A DNA stretch of 32,000 nucleotides from Acaryochloris thomasi RCC1774 (GTDB lineage: Bacteria > Cyanobacteriota > Cyanobacteriia > Thermosynechococcales > Thermosynechococcaceae): positions 1 to 32,000 of the forward strand of contig NZ_PQWO01000023.1 in NCBI RefSeq assembly GCF_003231495.1. The letters are read 5' to 3'. A model generated the notes under the pieces. The model had not been told where the DNA came from and made no database searches. It worked only from the letters and a program-made list of their open reading frames with translations. The position numbers were made by a program, and so were the translations under genes. Below, piece by piece: positions 1-7,478 of the stretch (position 1 is its first letter; each line of letters opens with the position of its first letter).

Positions 1-2
1 AG

Positions 3-566
3 GTGCGGGATGCGGCCAGCGTGTTGTCTATCGCTGTTATTCAAGAGGATTCTTGGGATGCTCTGAAATGTACAGAGTTATCGCAGGATAGCAGCTTTTT
101 TGCCTGGGCTGAAGTATACATCGATGGAGAAAGGCTGACGACGGTGGGGCCGGGTTGCGATCGTCGGAAGCTGGCGGCAAAGCATCGGGCTTGTTGGCTT
201 TGGCTCTGTGGCTTTGTCCGAGGTGAGCTGGTGGGTGTCGAGGCGCGGGAGGTACCGGAGAAGTCGGTAGCCATTGAGGGTGAGACTGCTGTGGTGCCGA
301 AGGTGGATGTGAGATCGCAAAAGCTGCAGGTGATTCTAGAGAAGCCCCTGGTGGATGGGCAAAACCATGTCGGGACTTTGCTTGAGATTTGTCAGTTGAT
401 GGGGTGGCCGTCGCCGTCGTTTGTTTTCGAGGAGCGATCAGGTGGGTTCTACTGCCGGTGTACTGCTGAGTACTTCGGGGAGGTTGTTGTGGGGGATGCG
501 ATCGCACAGCGGAAGAAGTTGGCGAAGCAGCGAGCGGCGTTGGATATTTTGAAAACATTGATTTAG
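3..566 (+). CDS. Protein with a C-terminal dsRNA-binding-domain-like fold, possibly two tandem dsRBD-like units. The ORF is open to the left window edge, so the 5' end may be missing.
   Basis: The C-terminal about 70 aa (NHVGTLLEICQLMGWPSPSFVFEERSGGFYCRCTAEYFGEVVVGDAIAQRKKLAKQRAALDILKTL) fit the dsRBD pattern (alpha, three beta strands, G.G.(S/R)KK.A.Q.AA..L..L). An upstream stretch (FFAWAEVYIDGERLTTVGPGCDRRKLAAKHRA) is a weaker second copy. The region is GC-rich and contains HIP1. Confidence 0.5.
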   Translation: MRDAASVLSIAVIQEDSWDALKCTELSQDSSFFAWAEVYIDGERLTTVGPGCDRRKLAAKHRACWLWLCGFVRGELVGVEAREVPEKSVAIEGETAVVPKVDVRSQKLQVILEKPLVDGQNHVGTLLEICQLMGWPSPSFVFEERSGGFYCRCTAEYFGEVVVGDAIAQRKKLAKQRAALDILKTLI

Positions 567-624
567 ATGAGGATCCACAGCAGTTCGCTAGAAGAATGAT
601 TCATGCATTCACCACATTTTTCTC

Positions 625-3600
625 TTAGACCACCTTTTTGGAACGACTACGCAATCGCCGTCTGGGAGCAGAATATGAGCTGGAACGATTAGGTTTTCTA
701 TCCAGTGTTTCCAAGGCTGCTTGAGTCTCCCGAAGATTTAGCTCAAGTAAGTGCTCGAATAATTGCAAGCCAATCTCACGGTACTGAGGCTGACGATGTA
801 GTTGAATCACAATTGTGGTCAAGCTTTCTGCGACGAGTATTGAAGGTCTAGTAGGGTTGGTCAGTTCTTCCCCAATTCCTAAGAGGCTCTGACAAACCTC
901 AACAACTATTTCAGGATGGGAGTTGACTAAATCCTCTTCCTCAATAATTTCAACCAAAACATTGGCAGCTTCAATAAGGATGCTCTGATTCTTGCACACT
1001 GCTTCAAGAATCTGTAACATCCCATCACACAATTGGAATATATCTCGGCTAAGGTGGAAAACACTGGCTATTGCATTCTGAACGGAAGAGTTTGCAGAAC
1101 TGGCAAGGTTCGTGAGAATTTCTGCAGCCATCGCTCGACAACGTGGTTGCCCCCATAGATGACTTGCTGCATGAGCAAGTCCACAAAGAACGGCCTCGTC
1201 ACCCAAAGATCGAAGATGATTGCGGATGCGGCCCAACGACCATTCATCCTGGTATTGAAAATATTGAAGTACCAGTAACTCACCATAGGCTTGGTGAGAA
1301 AATTCAGAACTATTGGTTTGAAGCATCTCTAACCATCCATGGACAGTTTCCTTTGGCTCAAACAATCCTATTGTTCGAGATATCGGAAAAAGTGCCGAGA
1401 AAAAGTTAAGAGTCTCCGGGCAGTTTCGAATCACCAAATCGAAGAGTTCTGTGGCCTCAGAACGATCTTCATTTAACAGAATTGGCATATGCCTCAATAC
1501 TTCTACCCATATTGCAGGATGATGCTCTACACCCACCTGAGATCTGATGAATTTAGCCCAACAGAGTAGATTTGGTGGATCCTGTTTGATAAAACCTTGA
1601 GCAATTGCCCTAACGATAATACATCGTCCTCCAGATAAAGCATCGTGACCGCCAAACCCAAAAAGAATAGGTGTTTTACGGTTTGAATAACTCTCTGCCT
1701 TACTACGGTGATGTCCAAGTTCGGGTCTAGTTTGCTTAGGCAACCAATCTAGTAGTAGAGCTTGAATCGAGTCAGGTAGTCCTTTGTTACGACCTGCTAT
1801 ATTGCTTAATGCACGAGCTGCGTTTTCGCAAAGAGACTCTGATCTAAATCCCCTAATACTTATGGCCTCAACAATTTGAACTAGCTGTTCTGCGGGATAG
1901 TCAATCTCTGAGAGGCTAATCAATGAAGCTGCAACATAGCTTTCATGACGTTGTGGATGCAGTTGAGGCAGAAGCCGCAGGAAGCGTTCGGGATCATTTT
2001 TTATAAGATTGCCAAAAGCTTGTGATTGCTGATTTGCTCCACCAGATCTTGAGTTACTTAGATGCCTATTACGCATCGAGCGTTCCCCTCTGGTTCCGTC
2101 ATGTAACTCATCAAATAGCCTCAGCAGATGCTGGTCACTGGCATGCTTCATTTCCTCACTGGTGACTCTTGGGCCAATCAATGGGTCTTCGCACATAAAT
2201 GGAGTTCGATCTTCTTCTATCACCCAAGGAAAAGCACGAATCTCTTCATCTATCAGTCTTTTCCCTGTCAAACTTAAGCAATCATCTGGAAAAGCGAGTA
2301 AAAGTTGGAGACGGTGTTGACGATTATATTTCAGGAAGCCAAGCCGCTTACCGGCACTGAATGTATCGATAGGGCTGCAATAATTAAATTTACGAATAGC
2401 ATTTTCAATCTTTTCTCTATCCTCAGGGTCTAAATGAGGACAGACAGAAGAAATGAGACGCTTGGTCTCAAAGTGACACCCTTCAATACCATCTCCAAGA
2501 CATAAGCGTCTTTTATCGCCAAGGAGATAGGCTAATATCGTCTGTGGAACTTGTTCTGCTATTTTCTCTAAACCACGCGCAAATAGTCTATGTACCAATA
2601 ACAGATCAGATTCCTGATTGTCCTCAAGAAATTTAAAAAACTGCTCTCTATTATTAACGGCTAAATCAGTTATGGCAACCAGGATTGCCTCAACAACTTC
2701 TCCATGATAATGATCTAAGCCCATGGAATGATCATTGCGATAGCTGGTATCACTACCACTATTCTCTATGGAAATTTTCTCGATAACATCAATGACCCAT
2801 GGCCAAATAGTATACAGAAACGCTTCGGAATTAACCTGAGCAAATTTTTCAATTTCATATAGGTCACCCTTGCTCTCAAGCAACCGTCTTACATTTTCCA
2901 CAAATGAATAATTATATTCCTCAACCTCGCTCGTCTCGAACGGTGGTTCTGGAACCTGTATCTGACTAGTCTCAATTGCCTTGGCTAAAAGGAAGTCCAG
3001 GTGGGCAAGAATGACCCTCGGAGCATCATGGGGAAGAGCTTCATCAATTTTTTCAGCAATCCCTGAAACTTCATGCCACTCAATTTTGGAACGGCGAATA
3101 ATTTGCTCTGCGAATCTAACTCTTTGAGGTGTCCAATGATCGATATTCCATAGCACTCGAATGCTTAAGAAGTCATAGGTCTGATTATGTAACCAATAAC
3201 TTTCTAAAAGCTGCCATACTTCCTCAGGTGCAAAACTAGCTGCCACGTACAGAAGTGGCCGACAGTATACCGCCTGCTCAGCGGTTTTCGCTAACCACTG
3301 TGTAAACTCTGGGCTACTGCGTAAGTGGTTAAACCAGCCTTGACTACCTACCGTCACCTTCAGAACTTTAATCCCTTCTGCTTCTGAGTTGAGGAGAGGG
3401 ATAAGTAATCTCGCCTCGACTGAATCAGGATTAGTCTGCGCTCCCATAAATTCCAACAGAAGACTACGTATATGAGTTCTGATCCGATATTGTTCAGCCT
3501 GCATCAGGCTAGTTAACTGTTTTTTATACTGTAGAGAATCTGTACCTCGCAGATAACTGAGACCTCTGAGCAGAATAGGGCGAACGAAGAGACCACTCTG

Positions 3601-5403
3601 ACGTTCTAGAACGATATCTATGAGTGATTTTGTACCACGCGCAAAAGAACGTGCTAGCGCATGATCATAGTAGGTCTGATGACGGAAGCCAATATTTCCG
3701 TTCTCAGAATTGGTCGTGAGTACCCCTGCCTGTTCTAATGTTTGCCTAATTTTCGGTGAAGTATCGGAGATCGCGCTAGGTACCCATAGCACCTCCTCTT
3801 CAGTCATGCGTTCAGCCAGCTTTTCTAAAAAAGTTACACATTGCTCAGCTTCAGTTTGGTTTGTTACTCTTTTCGCCCATAGATGGTCTAGCAGTTTCTG
3901 AGAGGAGGAAAACACATCTCCAGGTTGAGCAACTTCAAGAAAAATATTTAAGTGGAGCGGATTCTGAAGTACTTCTCTTAACGGCTCCCCCATATTGTCA
4001 GGTAAATGTCCTCCTTCCTTGAGAATTGCAGCAACATCATCCCACGCAGGAAGGTTCAAAAATAATTGATCAATATAGCTAAGACGGTGCAGTTGAGAAC
4101 TATAGCTGAATTCAAACTCCCGACAGGTTGCAACAATATGAACGTTCTCGCTACCAGACAATCTTTGGATCAAGGACAATAGGAGATTCAATCGCTGAGA
4201 CTTGAGATCAAGAAGTTCAGATATTGCATCTAACTGATCAACTAGCAATACAACCGGCTCTTTCCCAGAAATTGCTAGCATTGCATCAATGGGGTGCAAA
4301 TCAAGGTGCAAATCAAGCTGTAAGTCCTCAATCGTTTGGATAGCTCCGTTGAGTTCATCAGCTTTGATTGCCAGAACAACATATCCTTGCGCGCACAATT
4401 CTTTCCCAAAGGTTGCCATTAATGCAGATTTACCCACACCAGGAGCACCTAAAACAATTGTTGTAGAAGTCGTACTACTCTTAATACGTCCCAACAAGTT
4501 AACTAGTTCAGGACGAGAAATATGCCTTTGATTATTTAGGGTCTGACGAACCGAGAGTAGTCCTTTAGAAGCTAACAACAGATTCTGCTTAATCTGACCG
4601 TACTGATCAGCACTTATTTCGGAAGATACACCTGTATCTATTGCTTCTCCAATAGCCTGTAGAGCTTCCCGAGTTCGTTCATCTCCTGCACTAAATTTCT
4701 GTATTAGTTTTTTAATGTCCTCCATCGACTGTCCATATTGTTGCATTTCTATCTGAAAATTAGATATCGAAGCTAGAATAAAACTAGCAAATGCCTTACC
4801 ATCTTTTGTAAAGTCCTCAGCTAATACGGTTCTAAAGGCCAGCGGGAAAAATTGCTGTACTTCGTCAGCTAGAGACTGCATATCATTCTGAGTCAAATGA
4901 TATAGTTGCCGAGAGAATAGTCCCATTCCTTCTGTTGGCGATGTCCTCCCTTCAAGTCCCTTTAAGATTAAGCACCACTCTGATTGAGATAGGAATATCT
5001 CATTGTCAGCATTCAGACGAATGACTTTATTCCTGCCTGCCACTATGCAATTTTGTGGTGCTAAGACTTCTAGCCACTGATGTGATGCAATCTTTGACAT
5101 TGCAACAAGCTTTGCTTTGATTGGACTAAATTCTCTTTGTTTAGAGATGGATGTCAGTGTTGCTGCTAGGGCTTTACCAATGCACTTTATCAACGCATTC
5201 GTTTCTAGAGCATCATGCCGCGATAATCGTTCCGAAATATCACTCCAGACATGCTCCCAATTGCTAGCGACTAAGCTCCCTGCAACCCCGGAAACAGCAG
5301 CCCCTGCCACTCCTGCAGGTAAGCATGATGCTGTAACCAATAATCCGCTGTATACAACCAAATTCACAAAACTAGAGCGGTCAATGTTTTCAGCTAAAGG
5401 CAT
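625..5403 (-). CDS. NACHT/STAND-type P-loop NTPase, 1592 aa. Domain order: N-terminal Gly/Ala-rich hydrophobic segment, about 270-aa helical domain, NTPase, about 1150-aa helical-repeat-like C-terminal region.
   Basis: Uninterrupted 1592-codon ORF. Walker A GAPGVGKS is at aa 319-326 (nt 4426-4449). Walker B-like VVLLVDQLD is at aa 384-392. IVATCRE at aa 423-429 sits where NACHT proteins carry hhhTSR. aa 13-46 read VNLVVYSGLLVTASCLPAGVAGAAVSGVAGSLVA. The DNA is visibly AT-richer than both flanks. Confidence 0.8.
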   Translation of the reverse strand: MPLAENIDRSSFVNLVVYSGLLVTASCLPAGVAGAAVSGVAGSLVASNWEHVWSDISERLSRHDALETNALIKCIGKALAATLTSISKQREFSPIKAKLVAMSKIASHQWLEVLAPQNCIVAGRNKVIRLNADNEIFLSQSEWCLILKGLEGRTSPTEGMGLFSRQLYHLTQNDMQSLADEVQQFFPLAFRTVLAEDFTKDGKAFASFILASISNFQIEMQQYGQSMEDIKKLIQKFSAGDERTREALQAIGEAIDTGVSSEISADQYGQIKQNLLLASKGLLSVRQTLNNQRHISRPELVNLLGRIKSSTTSTTIVLGAPGVGKSALMATFGKELCAQGYVVLAIKADELNGAIQTIEDLQLDLHLDLHPIDAMLAISGKEPVVLLVDQLDAISELLDLKSQRLNLLLSLIQRLSGSENVHIVATCREFEFSYSSQLHRLSYIDQLFLNLPAWDDVAAILKEGGHLPDNMGEPLREVLQNPLHLNIFLEVAQPGDVFSSSQKLLDHLWAKRVTNQTEAEQCVTFLEKLAERMTEEEVLWVPSAISDTSPKIRQTLEQAGVLTTNSENGNIGFRHQTYYDHALARSFARGTKSLIDIVLERQSGLFVRPILLRGLSYLRGTDSLQYKKQLTSLMQAEQYRIRTHIRSLLLEFMGAQTNPDSVEARLLIPLLNSEAEGIKVLKVTVGSQGWFNHLRSSPEFTQWLAKTAEQAVYCRPLLYVAASFAPEEVWQLLESYWLHNQTYDFLSIRVLWNIDHWTPQRVRFAEQIIRRSKIEWHEVSGIAEKIDEALPHDAPRVILAHLDFLLAKAIETSQIQVPEPPFETSEVEEYNYSFVENVRRLLESKGDLYEIEKFAQVNSEAFLYTIWPWVIDVIEKISIENSGSDTSYRNDHSMGLDHYHGEVVEAILVAITDLAVNNREQFFKFLEDNQESDLLLVHRLFARGLEKIAEQVPQTILAYLLGDKRRLCLGDGIEGCHFETKRLISSVCPHLDPEDREKIENAIRKFNYCSPIDTFSAGKRLGFLKYNRQHRLQLLLAFPDDCLSLTGKRLIDEEIRAFPWVIEEDRTPFMCEDPLIGPRVTSEEMKHASDQHLLRLFDELHDGTRGERSMRNRHLSNSRSGGANQQSQAFGNLIKNDPERFLRLLPQLHPQRHESYVAASLISLSEIDYPAEQLVQIVEAISIRGFRSESLCENAARALSNIAGRNKGLPDSIQALLLDWLPKQTRPELGHHRSKAESYSNRKTPILFGFGGHDALSGGRCIIVRAIAQGFIKQDPPNLLCWAKFIRSQVGVEHHPAIWVEVLRHMPILLNEDRSEATELFDLVIRNCPETLNFFSALFPISRTIGLFEPKETVHGWLEMLQTNSSEFSHQAYGELLVLQYFQYQDEWSLGRIRNHLRSLGDEAVLCGLAHAASHLWGQPRCRAMAAEILTNLASSANSSVQNAIASVFHLSRDIFQLCDGMLQILEAVCKNQSILIEAANVLVEIIEEEDLVNSHPEIVVEVCQSLLGIGEELTNPTRPSILVAESLTTIVIQLHRQPQYREIGLQLFEHLLELNLRETQAALETLDRKPNRSSSYSAPRRRLRSRSKKVV

Positions 5404-5509
5404 TAGGATATTTCTCTAAGTTTTGTCTATTGTGTATTCTAGTAAATTGATCTTCAGGTTTTAGTTCAGTACATCAAGAACTAAGATTCTTACCTAAACT
5501 TCAGCGATC

Positions 5510-6157
5510 TCAACGTGCAACACCCACCACAATCCGCCCTCCATAGAAGCGATCTCCCTGCGACTCCAGCACAAAGCCCCCGAGCAGCAGTCCCAACCAC
5601 AGCCTCCCATAGGAAAGTTTCAGCACTTTCTTAAGCTTCTGTAGACTCACTTTTCCTCCCGAGTTGACAAGCTGCTGTGAGATCGCATCCACCCACGCCT
5701 TCACATCCTCTTCCTCCACCACAGAAAGCACCTCCTCAGCCTCCTGCAGATCCAGCTCTTGCAGCAGCACCTCCTTTTCCACGATCGCAACCACAGACTC
5801 CACTTCATCTTTGGGAAACGTCCGCCGCGTCACGGGTTCAGGTTCAGCGATCAAATCATCCAGCTCAAACGACATCGATTGCCGCACCAGCCCCTCTAGC
5901 GCATCGAAGTCTAGAACTGGCCCCTCTTCACTATGAGCCTGCCGCCAGTCCCCCAGCAACACATCCGCCCGCCGACTGAAGACATCTGCAATCTGAAGAA
6001 ACGCCTCACCCGCTGTCGCCAACTGCTGACGTTCCGGTATCTCAGTCAGCATCAGATCTAACCCCAGACACAATTGCTCCACATCCGTCTGCTCGGGATA
6101 GTCCTCAGCGATCGCAAGCTGCTGCCACAGATCTAGCTCTAACTGAACGACACTCAT
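5510..6157 (-). CDS. Strongly acidic hypothetical protein, about 215 aa from the ATG at 6157.
   Basis: The ORF has codon usage and GC like the host and contains HIP1 at 6108-6115. The ATG at 6157-6155 shares one base with the TGA stop (6159-6157) of the upstream gene (TGATG overlap), which argues for this start over the GTG at 6199. The sequence is rich in D/E and has a hydrophobic C-terminal end (RLWLGLLLGGFVLESQGDRFYGGRIVV). Confidence 0.6.
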   Translation of the reverse strand: MSVVQLELDLWQQLAIAEDYPEQTDVEQLCLGLDLMLTEIPERQQLATAGEAFLQIADVFSRRADVLLGDWRQAHSEEGPVLDFDALEGLVRQSMSFELDDLIAEPEPVTRRTFPKDEVESVVAIVEKEVLLQELDLQEAEEVLSVVEEEDVKAWVDAISQQLVNSGGKVSLQKLKKVLKLSYGRLWLGLLLGGFVLESQGDRFYGGRIVVGVAR

Positions 6158-6645
6158 CAGTTTGCCTCTGGATGCAGCGGACAAGGACGGATCGGGCACT
6201 GGCTCGGATTCAACTCCACCTGAGATTCAAACCGCTCCAACAGGCATTCTTCGAGCTGCCCGGAAAAGCTATCGAGGATATCCCGCGAATACTGCTTTGC
6301 TTGAGAACCCGTCCACCCCAGACAATGCACAGGTTCAACTTTTGCCACTTGCTTCCCGCCCACCCATAGCTCTGCCGCGATCGCATGGAGGGGCGCATCC
6401 TTCCGCTCTCGATAGAGATGCAAAATAGCGGCAGGGGTCTGAGGGACAGCAACCGTTACTTCTGGGATAATCTTGCCGGTTACGATCGCATACTGCTGTT
6501 TCTTCTGCTTGTTGTAGCGATCGCGGTTGCGGTAACCGTGGCGACGGACGTGGCAAGGTTGACCGACCCAACAGTCTTTCTCTTTCGCCTCCGTCACGGG
6601 CAGCTTGGCACAGCGCCTGCATTTTTCAGAGATCGCCCGAGCCAT
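6157..6645 (-). CDS. Cys-rich, basic hypothetical protein with a zinc-ribbon-like N-terminus, 162 aa.
   Basis: N-terminal C-x2-C ... C-x5-C-H (CRRCAKLP...DCWVGQPCH) is followed by a basic stretch (RRHGYRNRDRYNKQKKQQ). The C-terminus carries C-x4-C-x2-H (CPIRPCPLH). Two HIP1 sites lie inside. It is translationally coupled to the downstream acidic ORF. Confidence 0.6.
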   Translation of the reverse strand: MARAISEKCRRCAKLPVTEAKEKDCWVGQPCHVRRHGYRNRDRYNKQKKQQYAIVTGKIIPEVTVAVPQTPAAILHLYRERKDAPLHAIAAELWVGGKQVAKVEPVHCLGWTGSQAKQYSRDILDSFSGQLEECLLERFESQVELNPSQCPIRPCPLHPEAN

Positions 6646-6823
6646 TCAAACGCACTCCAGCCGTAGAATCCAAAATCTGGACTCATCCTACCACAGCTTA
6701 TTCGTCATAGTTTAGTCATAGCTAAGATATTAGCCACATATTTTATATTTGAATATTCCTCTATATCGGAACCCCCGCGAGGAAAGCAGATGGCGATCGC
6801 AAATAAGCGAGTTCCCCCAGTAA

Positions 6824-7026
6824 CTACCGTGTACAAACAAGTCAGATCGAACATCGTTCTGATCCCCAAATCCATTGCCATACATAGGTTTTAGTAATTC
6901 CAAGGCCATTCTCAAGGAGGACTCGTTATTGAGAATTCCAAATTATTCTGCAAGGGTTTCAGGGAACCAACATTTGCTCTAAAAGGGGTAAATGAATTTC
7001 ATATCGACTTGTGTGTACACGGTAGC
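6824..7026. repeat. Pair of 20-nt inverted repeats (1 mismatch) enclosing 163 bp.
   Basis: The 6824-6843 arm ctaccgtgtacaaacaagtc pairs with the 7007-7026 arm gacttgtgtgtacacggtag. The interior holds two similar units (aattccaaggccattctcaagg and aattccaaattattctgcaagg). Confidence 0.6.
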
Positions 7027-7066
7027 CTTCAGCAGCTATGGCACCTCAATGAAGTCATAGGCTTGT

Positions 7067-7095
7067 GTTCCAGAGTAGGTTGTCTACTCTGGAAC
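7067..7095. other. Perfect 12-bp stem / 5-nt loop hairpin.
   Basis: GTTCCAGAGTAG-gttgt-CTACTCTGGAAC. No T-tract follows on either strand. Confidence 0.6.
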
Positions 7096-7235
7096 ATGAG
7101 GATGTAGTGGTGATAAACCATTCCCTTAATTTTTTGTCACGCAAGAGAATTCTCTACTCATTGACCAAGTGGCTGAGAGCCTACTTGGCAACTAATCCTT
7201 ATCAAATTGGCAGAACTTCTCGAAATTTAAGATAG

Positions 7236-7252
7236 TTTCACTTTCGTTTTAT
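7236..7252 (+). promoter_or_regulatory. Class I direct-repeat box (TTTCAC-N5-TTTTAT) upstream of the RND efflux operon.
   Basis: agTTTCACtttcgTTTTATttttctatga aligns with aaTTTCATttgtgTTTTATtttcatga at 13409-13431. Confidence 0.4.
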
Positions 7253-7478
7253 TTTTCTATGAAACCCTATAAACAAAGGGCTTCTCTGCATGGAACGGAT
7301 TGTCAATGGTCGCAATACCATCCAGGAGAACCAGGGCTGTGGAGTCTTTCGCTGTCTGGTTAAGACAAGCTTCAAACGAGGTTTGTATGCATATTTTGAA
7401 GTCTCACTGTCCCCATCCGAAGTAATTCTCTAATTGCAAGTTGACAGAGTTTATCTTCAGCTCTAAGGCAAATTATCT

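Noticed and set aside
37-558. Three minus-strand ORFs (173, 77 and 80 aa) antisense to the dsRBD-like gene.
   Set aside because: Their translations are Pro/Ser/Arg-rich and low-complexity, as expected for the antisense strand of a GC-rich gene. They have no motifs, and they fully overlap a better-supported ORF.
612-5420. Short similar sequences at both ends of the STAND gene (catttttctcttag at 611-624 and atatttctctaag at 5408-5420). I considered them as an insertion target duplication or att sites.
   Set aside because: The shared core is only about 7-9 nt, in AT-rich DNA, and it overlaps the stop and RBS regions. That is insufficient to call a TSD or att site. No integrase or transposase is present.
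5510-5640. The C-terminus of the acidic protein (WLGLLLGGFVLESQGDRFYGGRIVV) resembles the kleisin/ScpA C-terminal winged-helix pattern.
   Set aside because: The resemblance is limited to about 25 aa. The N-terminal part lacks ScpA motifs and no SMC-like partner is present. This is too weak to annotate.
5664-6666. Several plus- and minus-strand ORFs (5664-5936, 5677-5979, 6162-6428, 6172-6369, 6210-6452, 6335-6622, 6385-6666) overlapping the acidic and Cys-rich gene pair.
   Set aside because: All are shadow frames of the two GC-rich genes. Their S/P/A/R-rich composition is typical of off-frame translation.
6730-6915. A 61-aa ORF in the large non-coding gap.
   Set aside because: It has no RBS or motifs, it spans one arm of the 20-nt inverted repeat, and its composition is not gene-like.
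6824-7026. Interpretation of the 20-nt inverted repeats as the terminal repeats of a MITE.
   Set aside because: No target-site duplication flanks the arms (gtaa on the left, cctt on the right) and no second copy lies in the window. I kept it as an unexplained repeat rather than calling it a mobile element.
7290-7433. A 47-codon ORF (MERIVNGRNTIQENQGCGVFRC...) upstream of the adaptor gene. I considered it as a third small Cys peptide.
   Set aside because: It has no signal peptide, no similarity to the CGPNGAAR...GCH peptides, and no convincing RBS.
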